Sequence record: SRR22947725_670
Strand: one strand, 5' to 3'
Length of the DNA: 49,120 nt
This document shows, piece by piece, positions 21,465-29,560 of this stretch (positions are counted from its first letter, which is position 1; every line of letters starts with the position of its first letter). A program made the translations under genes and the position numbers. Under the pieces are notes generated by a model. That model was given only the letters and a program-made list of their open reading frames with translations. It had not been told where the DNA came from and ran no database searches.

Positions 21465-22859
21465 TCAGGCTTTCCGGGCCTGGGAAAGGTCCCCCAGGAT
21501 GGTGGTTGCCCACTCCGCAACATCGTGAATCGCTACGTCGGCTCGAAGCTGCTTCATGCGCCGCGCTCTTTCACCTTTTTCCATGATGAGCGCCTCCTGC
21601 ATGACTTTGGTGACGTCGCTCACCACAAAGGAATCCACCAGCAATGCCTCTGGCATCTGCTCGGCAGCGCCTGCGTGAATGCTGAGAATGAGCACGCCCG
21701 TGTCATCGTGGCGGGCGGCCACAAATTCTTTGGCCACCAGATTCATGCCATCAGCCAGTGAGCTCACCACCATGACATCTGCCACCACAAAAAGCGCCAA
21801 CATGTCTGTGCGGGGAAGGTTTTCCCGCAGATACACGATTGCCGGGCGGCCGGTAACGGAGGGGAAGGTGGTGTTGACCCGCTCGATGATGGCATCGATT
21901 TCAGCACTCAGTTCTTGATAGCTGGCAACATTTTCTCGACTGGGGCTCCCTGCTTGAACAAAAACAGCGGTGTCTGCGCTCACCGCTCCAGAAGCCAACA
22001 ACTCCTCAAACGCAAGCAGGCGCTGAGTAATACCTTTGGTGTAGTCGAGGCGGTCGACCCCGAGAAATACCCACTCCGGATTGCCCCAACTCGTTGCATA
22101 CTCCCGCGCTTTGGCAAGAACCACCGGCTGCGAAGCTGCGGTGGATACCGCAGCACTGTCAATGGAAATGGGATAGGCGGCGCTGTGGGGAACTGAAGCA
22201 CTTGCGGCCGAAGGGTCCAGCTCCTGCAGGCAGGCGCGGAAGTGATCCACATCACTCTGGCGCTGGAAACCCACAACATCGCAGGCTCCGAGGCCTTTCA
22301 GAAGCTCTGCGGCGTGCTCAAACCCTGCCACGTGTGTGGCTTCGGGAAAGGGAATGTGATGGAAATACCCGATGACCACGTCAGGTCGGAGGCTTCGGAC
22401 AAACTCCGGCACCAGCATGAGTTGATAGTCCTGGACGAAAACGGTCCCACCTTCGGCTACAACATCGCAGACTCGCTGGGCAAAAAGTCGATTGACCTGA
22501 AGATAGCCTGCCCACCACGCCTCTGAGTATTCAGGATCCACCCCGACGTTGTGAAAAAGTGGCCACAGGGTTGAATTACTCAAACCTTCGTAATGATTTA
22601 TTATGTGAGCTTGGGTAAGAGACACTGGCTGAAGGGAAAACCCTTCCAGCTCCAAGGCTTCTTCACTTCCAGAGATTGTCCCATCCCAGCCCACCCACGC
22701 AGCGCCGCTTCCGGCAAGCGCTGGGGCAAGAGCAGCGACCAGTCCGCCTGGCGACAAGATAGGGATTTTGGCGCCGGCGGAATCTTCGCGGTAGGCAATC
22801 GGTAAACGATTCGACACCACCACGAGCTCTGCAAGCGCTGGGATTACCAGAGAAGACAC
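21465..22859 (-). CDS. otsA: Trehalose-6-phosphate synthase (GT20)
   Basis: VVSNRLP, GGLVAAL, LWPLFH, QDYQL, HIPFP, GVDRLDYTKG, DGMNLVAKEF. Start placed at GTG 22859, 7 nt after TAATCT. Confidence 0.88.
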   Translation of the reverse strand: MSSLVIPALAELVVVSNRLPIAYREDSAGAKIPILSPGGLVAALAPALAGSGAAWVGWDGTISGSEEALELEGFSLQPVSLTQAHIINHYEGLSNSTLWPLFHNVGVDPEYSEAWWAGYLQVNRLFAQRVCDVVAEGGTVFVQDYQLMLVPEFVRSLRPDVVIGYFHHIPFPEATHVAGFEHAAELLKGLGACDVVGFQRQSDVDHFRACLQELDPSAASASVPHSAAYPISIDSAAVSTAASQPVVLAKAREYATSWGNPEWVFLGVDRLDYTKGITQRLLAFEELLASGAVSADTAVFVQAGSPSRENVASYQELSAEIDAIIERVNTTFPSVTGRPAIVYLRENLPRTDMLALFVVADVMVVSSLADGMNLVAKEFVAARHDDTGVLILSIHAGAAEQMPEALLVDSFVVSDVTKVMQEALIMEKGERARRMKQLRADVAIHDVAEWATTILGDLSQARKA

Positions 22860-22932
22860 GTGTGCGAGATTATCAGCACACCTCACTCCCAGCGCCCTAG
22901 ACGACCTGGTGTAGCTCGTTTAGAGTTGAGAT

Positions 22933-23106
22933 ATGCGTCGATTCTTGTTTAGCAGTACCATCATCAGTTCCCTCGCCACAGGAATAGGTTTGTTACGCCG
23001 GACATTGTGGGGTCCGCTCAGCTGGCAGGTGTGGTTGCTGTGGCTGAGTTGGGGGATCTCTGTAGTCCTCGCCATTGCGACCATCGTGGAGCCTAGAAAG
23101 CTGTGA
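22933..23106 (+). CDS. Small membrane protein (57 aa), below the ORF-track cutoff
   Basis: MRRFLFSSTIISSLATGIGLLRRTLWGPLSWQVWLLWLSWGISVVLAIATIVEPRKL; TAGAGT 6 nt before the ATG; Trp-rich TM helix. Confidence 0.7.
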   Translation: MRRFLFSSTIISSLATGIGLLRRTLWGPLSWQVWLLWLSWGISVVLAIATIVEPRKL

Positions 23107-23502
23107 TTATTTTGCACCTCGAATATTGTGACCCTGGATGTCTTACTGATGTGGGAACCTAAACATCCAGTCCTGAATTTCCTCAAATGCCCAAATCTTT
23201 GCTCAAATCGATCCGTAAAACTCTCACTTCGCGACCGGAGTGCCGATGGGCTCGCGACTGGTAGCTCAGAGTCTTCTCCGCCACGACACATGCAAAGAGG
23301 AGAGAAAAGGCTGGATTAAAAGATTGCTCTTGAAACTCAAACGAACGTTAATCGATTGCGCCGCCAAATCTAGACCACACTTTCGCCGCACTGTTGAGGC
23401 AGTCTGCCCAGAGTGAGTTCTATCAACGATGGATGACGCTGCGGACCTGAGTTGTCGCGCAAAAACTCCTGTTTCAAGCCCATTGGTTTGTATAGTGAAG
23501 AG

Positions 23503-24279
23503 ATGAAAGCAATTATCGTCGCGGCAGGAATGGGACGTCGCCTCAAGGGACTAGCTGGTGGTAGACCGAAATGCCTTTTGGAGATAAATGGTGTCTCGAT
23601 TTTGGAACGACAACTCAGGGCCTACAGAGCGGCTGGAATCAACGACATCTCGATTGTTACCGGGTATGAAGCAAGTCGTTTAGCTGAGGTGCCGGGGGTC
23701 AAGCTTTACCACAACGACAACTTTGAGAATAACAATGTTCTACTTTCACTCATGCATGCCTCACCGGAACTCGAATCTGATGTAATTATTTCCTACGGTG
23801 ACATTGTTTTTGGGGAGGCCTTAGTTAGACAGGTGTTACCGGTAAAAAATGACTTTTCCGTAGTTGCCGACAAGACCTGGCGGAATAACTACATCGGCAG
23901 AACTGAGCATCCTGAGTCGGAGGCAGAAAAAATCACTGCGGCAAGCGGGCGAGTATTAGCTATCGGGAAGCACCTAAGTTCGCAAAGCGGTGAAGCTGAA
24001 TTTATTGGCATGTTCACGCTCTCAAAAAATGGATGTGAGATATGGAAAAGTGTTTTCGAAGAAGTCCAGATTGACTATGCGGGCTTGCCATTTCAGGGAG
24101 CTCACGTTTTTGAGCATTCCTACATCACTGATTTTTTTCAAGAATTAATTTCCCGAAGAACTAACGTCTCGGTTTCTTTTACCAGTGAAGATTGGACCGA
24201 AATCGATACCGAGCAAGACTACAATAGGGCATGCTTCAAATTTAGTGACTTGGTTTTAGGGGAAAAATGGGCAAAATAA
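23503..24279 (+). CDS. Phosphonyl-tailoring cytidylyltransferase (LicC/PntC-like NTP transferase)
   Basis: MKAIIVAAGMGRRL...PKCLLEING, YGDIVF, RTEHPESEAEK, EFIG, WTEIDTEQD; located in a pepM cluster. Confidence 0.85.
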   Translation: MKAIIVAAGMGRRLKGLAGGRPKCLLEINGVSILERQLRAYRAAGINDISIVTGYEASRLAEVPGVKLYHNDNFENNNVLLSLMHASPELESDVIISYGDIVFGEALVRQVLPVKNDFSVVADKTWRNNYIGRTEHPESEAEKITAASGRVLAIGKHLSSQSGEAEFIGMFTLSKNGCEIWKSVFEEVQIDYAGLPFQGAHVFEHSYITDFFQELISRRTNVSVSFTSEDWTEIDTEQDYNRACFKFSDLVLGEKWAK

Positions 24280-25661
24280 TGAACGATAGGTCGGATAGAA
24301 AACGGATGGCATCTAACTTTCGCTCCATTATTAACGACCTCAAACGTCGCCCGGAAGACGCAGCTGGAGACCTAGGATTATCGTCTAACCAGATTGATGA
24401 CTACCTATCAGGCACTGCGGAAATTACGATGTCCGTTGTAGAAAAGGCTGTCCAGGTTTGGCCAGTGAGCCCAAGAGATTTCTTCCTGCTGCGTGACGAC
24501 TGCACGAATGGAATAAAAATCATGCGTGCACACGAATCCTCAAAGAGTGCAAGGGTCATGTCGCGATCGGGACGCGAGTACTACGAATACAGGGACACTG
24601 CAATGAGCTCTGCCGCCGCGTTTAGGCCTGAGTGGATTCGCGAGCTTTGCGTTGTGGAGGACGATGATCCAGATAACCCCCTCGTTCAATGGAACAACGG
24701 GCATTTCTTGCATCAGTTTACTTACTTCATCGGACCGGTGAACTTCTACTACCGTGACCGACGAGGAAACAAACAAGTTGCGGTGATGAACACCGGGGAT
24801 TCAATGTATATTGGGCCTTTTGTGCCGCACACCTTCACCACGAGATCCAACGAGTCTGGGGAGTTTGGACTAATTCTGGCGCTGACATACTCGAACAAGC
24901 TGGGGGGGGAAGTCCAGCAAGAGTTGAGCCTGCTCGGAAGAGACCAAGCTCAAAAATTGGTTATGAATTTTGAATCACCCGACAAAGCCTCTGGTGCACT
25001 AATCCGGTTTCACCGAGAAGGTCTGAGTATGCCTATCCACTTCCTTGCGGAATCTCTCGGTCAGACTGCGCGAACCGTCCAAGATATCGAAGACGGGATT
25101 GTAGCGCCGAGCTTTCAGTCCTTAGTCGCAATTTCGGAGATTCTCAGCGTCCCCGTCCGGGAAATCATGGCAGGTGGGGCAGGCGAAGATTCCGTCCAAA
25201 TTAGGCGCTCAAATGAATCTCGTCGATGGACTGTGGCAACAGAGCTGAATGAGCCAGTATATGAAATCGTCGAGCTATGTGGCGCGCACAAATTACCATT
25301 TTCCAAGGCGCTTCAAATTACTGTGAAGGCTCCCGACGTCAGGGAAAAGAAATGGCTGGAAGTTGGTCTTCATCAGTATATTTACAACCTCGGAACCTGG
25401 TCGCTAACGCTTCATTGCATGGTTGACTCTAAATCTTTTGAAGAAGTGATTGAACCTGGGGACTCTCTCTACCTAAAACCTGGCGTCAGGCATGCCTTCA
25501 CCAGCAAAGAGACAACTCTTCTTGTGCTAAGGATTGGAGGGCGAGTGGGTGGCGATGCAATACATGAGTTGGCGACTGTCGGCGCAGAGCAGCTTGACCG
25601 AGTTCTCGAGGAATCAATGCAGTGGTTCAACCCGGAGGGCCGGAAAGACGTAGCAAACTGA
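24267..25661 (+). CDS. mpnS: Methylphosphonate synthase (HEPD/MPnS family Fe(II) oxygenase)
   Basis: Two HTH+cupin repeats; NDLKRRPEDAA, YYEYRDTAMS, FRPEWI, QWNNGHFLHQFTYFIGPVNFYY, MNTGDSMYIGPFVPHTF, C-terminal MQWF, colinear with the Nitrosopumilus maritimus MPnS as I recall it; H146/Q150/H188 triad plus F160/I182. Alternative start at ATG 24279. Confidence 0.88.
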   Translation: MGKIMNDRSDRKRMASNFRSIINDLKRRPEDAAGDLGLSSNQIDDYLSGTAEITMSVVEKAVQVWPVSPRDFFLLRDDCTNGIKIMRAHESSKSARVMSRSGREYYEYRDTAMSSAAAFRPEWIRELCVVEDDDPDNPLVQWNNGHFLHQFTYFIGPVNFYYRDRRGNKQVAVMNTGDSMYIGPFVPHTFTTRSNESGEFGLILALTYSNKLGGEVQQELSLLGRDQAQKLVMNFESPDKASGALIRFHREGLSMPIHFLAESLGQTARTVQDIEDGIVAPSFQSLVAISEILSVPVREIMAGGAGEDSVQIRRSNESRRWTVATELNEPVYEIVELCGAHKLPFSKALQITVKAPDVREKKWLEVGLHQYIYNLGTWSLTLHCMVDSKSFEEVIEPGDSLYLKPGVRHAFTSKETTLLVLRIGGRVGGDAIHELATVGAEQLDRVLEESMQWFNPEGRKDVAN

Positions 25662-25796
25662 GTGCCAAGCGTGACACTCAGCAACCAACGGCTTTTTCCC
25701 AACTCGCGATCGGTTCTGAATACACCCTAAATCTTCAGAGAGCCCCCTTTTGCCTCTCTTAGAAAATTTCCTATAGGTATATTAGAAGGGTAACAA

Positions 25797-27107
25797 ATGC
25801 AAAAATCTTTGCGAGTCTACGTTCCGATGGCTGTAGACCTCTTACATCCGGGCCACATCAACGTGATAGCGCAGGCGGCGACGCTGGGTTCGGTCACAGT
25901 CGGTTTACTAACGGATCACGCTATTGCAAGCTACAAGCGTTTGCCGTACATGTCCTACCAACACCGGTCAAGCATGGTGGAAGCTATCAAAGGCGTGGAC
26001 AATGTAGTGGAGCAGGAAGATTGGGATTACTCGGTCAACTTGCGTCGTCTCAAACCAGATTTTTTGGTTCATGGTGATGACTGGAGGTCTGGCATTCAGG
26101 CTCAAATGCGCGCCAGGGCAATTGAGGTTCTTGCTGAATGGGGGGGGGAACTGATTGAGGTATCGTATTTTACAGACTTTGATTCCTCTCAAATTCAAGC
26201 CGAAATAGAGAAAGTGGGGACCACGCCAAACATCCGAATGTCTCGCCTGCGGCGCCTGATCGCCTCAAAGGACGTGGTCCGTGTTCTGGAAGCCCATAAC
26301 GGGATTTCGGCATTGATTGCCGAGTCACTCGAAGTTAGACGGGGAGAGACCCTTGTAGAATTCGATGCTGTATGGTCTAGCTCGCTCACGGATTCAACTT
26401 CCCGCGGAAAACCGGATATCGAGGCGGTGGATCTTTCGGCGAGGCTTTCAACGCTAAATGAGATTTTTGAGGTAACAACAAAACCAATGGTTTTTGACGG
26501 TGATACCGGTGGCCGCATAGAGCATTTACCATTCACGGTGCGGTCCTTGGAGCGTTTAGGCGTCTCAGCAATTGTGATTGAGGACAAAGAAGGCCTGAAA
26601 CGCAACTCACTCTTTGGCGCAGATGCAAAACAGGTTCAGGCAAACGCAGAAGAGTTTGGGCTAAAAATTGCCGCCGCAAAGCGATCTCAGATTACGAAAG
26701 ATTTTATGGTGATCGCGAGAATCGAGAGCCTTATTCTCAAACAAGGCCTCGATGACGCCCTCCGTCGCGCACGCACATACGTCGAATCAGGCGCAGACTC
26801 AATCTTGATTCATAGCAAGTCAGAGTCTCCGGCAGAAGTGATGGAATTTGCCCAGAACTTCAGCTCCGAGTTTCCGTCAATCCCCATTATTGCCGTCCCC
26901 ACCATGTTCAACCAAGCGACCGACAAAGAGCTTGCTGACGCGGGAATTCGAGTGTTAATCTACGCAAATCACATGCTGCGTGCAGCTTATCCAAACATGA
27001 GAGAAGTGGCTGAGCGAATCTTGCTCCACGGGCGATCGTTTGAAGCTGAAGAGCTCCTTGAGCCTATTGGCAGCATGTTAACTCTGATTCCTGGCAATCA
27101 AGAATGA
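25797..27107 (+). CDS. pepM: Phosphoenolpyruvate mutase with N-terminal cytidylyltransferase domain
   Basis: N-terminal DLLHPGH and VHGDDW (CTP_transf_like); diagnostic EDKxxxxxNS motif [10 protein letters not shown] at 26580-26609; DGDTGG, ARIESLI, IYANH. Confidence 0.96.
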   Translation: MQKSLRVYVPMAVDLLHPGHINVIAQAATLGSVTVGLLTDHAIASYKRLPYMSYQHRSSMVEAIKGVDNVVEQEDWDYSVNLRRLKPDFLVHGDDWRSGIQAQMRARAIEVLAEWGGELIEVSYFTDFDSSQIQAEIEKVGTTPNIRMSRLRRLIASKDVVRVLEAHNGISALIAESLEVRRGETLVEFDAVWSSSLTDSTSRGKPDIEAVDLSARLSTLNEIFEVTTKPMVFDGDTGGRIEHLPFTVRSLERLGVSAIVIEDKEGLKRNSLFGADAKQVQANAEEFGLKIAAAKRSQITKDFMVIARIESLILKQGLDDALRRARTYVESGADSILIHSKSESPAEVMEFAQNFSSEFPSIPIIAVPTMFNQATDKELADAGIRVLIYANHMLRAAYPNMREVAERILLHGRSFEAEELLEPIGSMLTLIPGNQE

Positions 27108-28237
27108 TTAAGCCCGATGTTTTTTTGAACTGGTTCACTTCGAAGGGAATTAATCACTTTGTGGGTGTGCCAGATAGCCTCCTCAAATCTCTGCTATCAG
27201 CAATAGTTTCAAACAAAGGTGTTGAAAAACATGTGGTTGCTGCCAACGAGGGGGCTGCCGTCGGCTATGCGGTTGGCGTATACCTGGATTCAGGTCTCCC
27301 AGCAGTCGTTTACATGCAAAACTCCGGTCTAGGCAATGCAATCAACCCCCTCACTGCTCTTGCCCATCGAGAGGTTTACGGCACACCGATGGTCTTAATT
27401 ATTGGTTGGCGGGGTGAACCCGGCAAAAAAGATGAACCCCAGCACCTGGTTCAGGGAAAAATTACGCAGGAATTACTCGAAGTCATTGGGGTTCCGTATG
27501 CTGTCCTGGCTCCTGAAGAGGGAGCCGCGCTGAAACAAGTGCAAAGTTTACTTGAGACGGTCTCGTCAGATCCACAACCAGTAGCAATCCTCGTCCCTTC
27601 AGGGACATTCTCAGAAATCTCGCTGCCGCAACCTCCAAATGAAAAGTTTTCTCTGAGTCGGGAAGAGAGCCTCGGAATTGTTGCGGAGCAAATCCCGCAG
27701 AACGCCCGAATAATCGCCACCACGGGAATGTTGGGTCGAGAGTTGTGGGAGTTTCGAAACAGAACTAACTCTTCTGCAGCATATGACTTTATGGTGGTGG
27801 GTGGTATGGGACATGCGAGCGCCGTCGCACACGGTGTCGCCGAAGCGAATCCGACCACTCCCGTGTGGTGCCTTGATGGAGACGGTTCTTTATTGATGCA
27901 CCTGGGATCCGCCGCAGTTATTGGACATCACAAACCAAAAAACCTGAAACATGTCGTTTTCAATAACTTTTCCCACGACAGCGTCGGTGGACAACCGACC
28001 TCGTCGAGCACAGTGGATTTTGGCGACATGGCAAAGTCTCTTGGCTACCACTGGATCGGTTCGGCCTCAGAAGAACCCGACCTTCGAAACTTGACCCGTA
28101 ATCTTGCTCACACTGTGGGTCCGGCAATGATCGAAATCAAAATTCGTCGGGGCTGCCGTGCCAACCTTGGCAGACCCCCGGGCGAAACCTTCTCTTCTGG
28201 CACGAAATTTCCATCTGAGGACGTGTCCGCTTCGTGA
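27104..28237 (+). CDS. ppd: Phosphonopyruvate decarboxylase
   Basis: [44 protein letters not shown], ThDP motif DGDGSLLMH...[15 protein letters not shown] overlap with pepM. Confidence 0.95.
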   Translation: MIKPDVFLNWFTSKGINHFVGVPDSLLKSLLSAIVSNKGVEKHVVAANEGAAVGYAVGVYLDSGLPAVVYMQNSGLGNAINPLTALAHREVYGTPMVLIIGWRGEPGKKDEPQHLVQGKITQELLEVIGVPYAVLAPEEGAALKQVQSLLETVSSDPQPVAILVPSGTFSEISLPQPPNEKFSLSREESLGIVAEQIPQNARIIATTGMLGRELWEFRNRTNSSAAYDFMVVGGMGHASAVAHGVAEANPTTPVWCLDGDGSLLMHLGSAAVIGHHKPKNLKHVVFNNFSHDSVGGQPTSSSTVDFGDMAKSLGYHWIGSASEEPDLRNLTRNLAHTVGPAMIEIKIRRGCRANLGRPPGETFSSGTKFPSEDVSAS

Positions 28238-29364
28238 TGACGAGTGTCGGATACCCCTCGGTAACCGGCCAGCGCATAGAGGCCGGCACCGTCGACAAAC
28301 ACCTAAGCACTTGGATAGCAGATTTTGGCTTCACCAGAGTTCTTCTTGTGACCGGGAACAAGTCCTTTGAATGGTTTGAAAAGAAAAGCTTTACAGACTC
28401 GATATCCGCAATTGCTTCCGTGCGGCGATGGGCCGTCACCTTTGCAAACCCGGACATCACTCAACTCAGAGAGGGACTCAAGTTTGCCCAAGGATACAAT
28501 CCAGACCTCGTAATCGGCATCGGCGGCGGGAGCGCCTTAGACATGGCGAAGCTGATTGCTGCACTGCTTGATTGTCCCCAAGAAATTGAGGGCATTTTCG
28601 CAGGCGGCGCGAAGTTAGACACTCGGAGCACCTCCCTTTTACTCGTTCCCACAACCGCAGGGTCCGGCGCAGAAGCTACACATTTCTCGGTTCTTTACAA
28701 AGAAAAAGTGAAGTATTCCGTAGCAGGAAGAGCCCTACTAGCCGATCACGTCGCGCTTGATCCCGAGCTCCTAAGAACTGGCCAGCCAGCCCAATTAGCA
28801 GCCTCTGGACTTGATACTTTATGTCAATGTATTGAAAGTCTATGGTCAAGAAGAGCCACCCCCATCAGCATTGCTTTTGCTGGGGAAGGATTGCGTTTTT
28901 CAGCAGAAAATCTCGTACCATTCGCACAAGGGGAATTCCAACGGGCCGCAGAGATGCAATGGGCCAGCCATCTCTCTGGCAAAGCCATCAATATTTCTCA
29001 AACAACTGGTCCCCACGCATTGGCCTACTATCTGACGGGTAAAAGTGGACTGCCACACGGAATCGCAGTAGCTTCAACAATCGGTCACTTTATTGACCAC
29101 CACAATAAACGTCTGCGCGAAAGCAGTCCCATTAGCGCAATTGCTCTCAGGGAAAGCATGGGCATCGTCAATAAAGAACTAGGGCTTCAAGGAGAACATG
29201 CTGGCCGGTCCTTCTTTGACCACTTGTTCTCTCAACTAGGTTTGAACCAGCCGCAGAGTTACTGGCCCGCAGAACTCAAAAGCCGACGTGAATGGATCAG
29301 CTCCGCAAATCCTGAAAGACTCAAAAACCATCCCACAGATTTGCCGGACCTGACCGAGCGATGA
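28234..29364 (+). CDS. Phosphonoacetaldehyde reductase (Fe-containing alcohol dehydrogenase, PhpC/Pdh type)
   Basis: IGGGSALDMAK, PTTAGSGAEATHF, DTLCQCIESLWS, HALAY, PHGIAV; GTGA overlap with ppd. Confidence 0.88.
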   Translation: MMTSVGYPSVTGQRIEAGTVDKHLSTWIADFGFTRVLLVTGNKSFEWFEKKSFTDSISAIASVRRWAVTFANPDITQLREGLKFAQGYNPDLVIGIGGGSALDMAKLIAALLDCPQEIEGIFAGGAKLDTRSTSLLLVPTTAGSGAEATHFSVLYKEKVKYSVAGRALLADHVALDPELLRTGQPAQLAASGLDTLCQCIESLWSRRATPISIAFAGEGLRFSAENLVPFAQGEFQRAAEMQWASHLSGKAINISQTTGPHALAYYLTGKSGLPHGIAVASTIGHFIDHHNKRLRESSPISAIALRESMGIVNKELGLQGEHAGRSFFDHLFSQLGLNQPQSYWPAELKSRREWISSANPERLKNHPTDLPDLTER

Positions 29365-29444
29365 CCCAAAAACGCGAGATTGGGAAACTATTTTTCCCAT
29401 CCGCTCTTCGTGGGCATTGATTCGCTGATGCCTGTGATCCCCGG

Positions 29445-29517
29445 GGCCGGCTACGGGACTTGAACCCGTAACCTTCCGATTACAAGTCGGATGCGCTACC
29501 AATTGCGCCAAGCCGGC
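29445..29517 (-). tRNA. tRNA-Thr(UGU)
   Basis: Reverse complement GCCGGCTTGGCGCAATTGGTAGCGCATCCGACTTGTAATCGGAAGGTTACGGGTTCAAGTCCCGTAGCCGGCC forms a cloverleaf with anticodon TGT; CCA not encoded. Confidence 0.96.
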
Positions 29518-29560
29518 GTTGCCTGCGTGAGCAGGCCTCTAAGAGTACCGAACGAGTGGG

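Larger units (their letters stand above)
23107..29444. other. Genomic islet (phosphonate biosynthesis) abutting the tRNA-Thr 3' end
   Basis: Visibly more AT-rich than the flanks with many A/T-ending codons; five co-oriented accessory genes ending ~80 nt from the tRNA 3' end; no integrase or att repeat seen. Confidence 0.7.

Noticed and set aside
22890-23500. attL/attR copy of the tRNA-Thr 3' end, or an integrase
   Set aside because: No match to the tRNA 3' sequence was found by eye and there is no recombinase ORF; the 123-aa (22920-23291) and 63-aa (23128-23319) ORFs lack motifs and plausible starts.
24267-25661. Reading as an XRE/cupin transcriptional regulator or as HEP dioxygenase (PhpD)
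   Set aside because: The HTH-like segments are part of the HEPD/MPnS fold. The Gln ligand argues against class I HEPD, and Phe160/Ile182 against class II HEPD.
25797-27107. Isocitrate lyase / methylisocitrate lyase
   Set aside because: It carries the PepM-specific EDKxxxxxNS motif and is coupled to ppd.
23503-29364. Phosphonate antibiotic cluster (fosfomycin, phosphinothricin or dehydrophos type)
   Set aside because: No radical-SAM methyltransferase, epoxidase, NRPS/ATP-grasp, resistance or export genes in the islet.
29236-29511. 91-aa minus-strand ORF
   Set aside because: Overlaps tRNA-Thr and the reductase 3' end; spurious.
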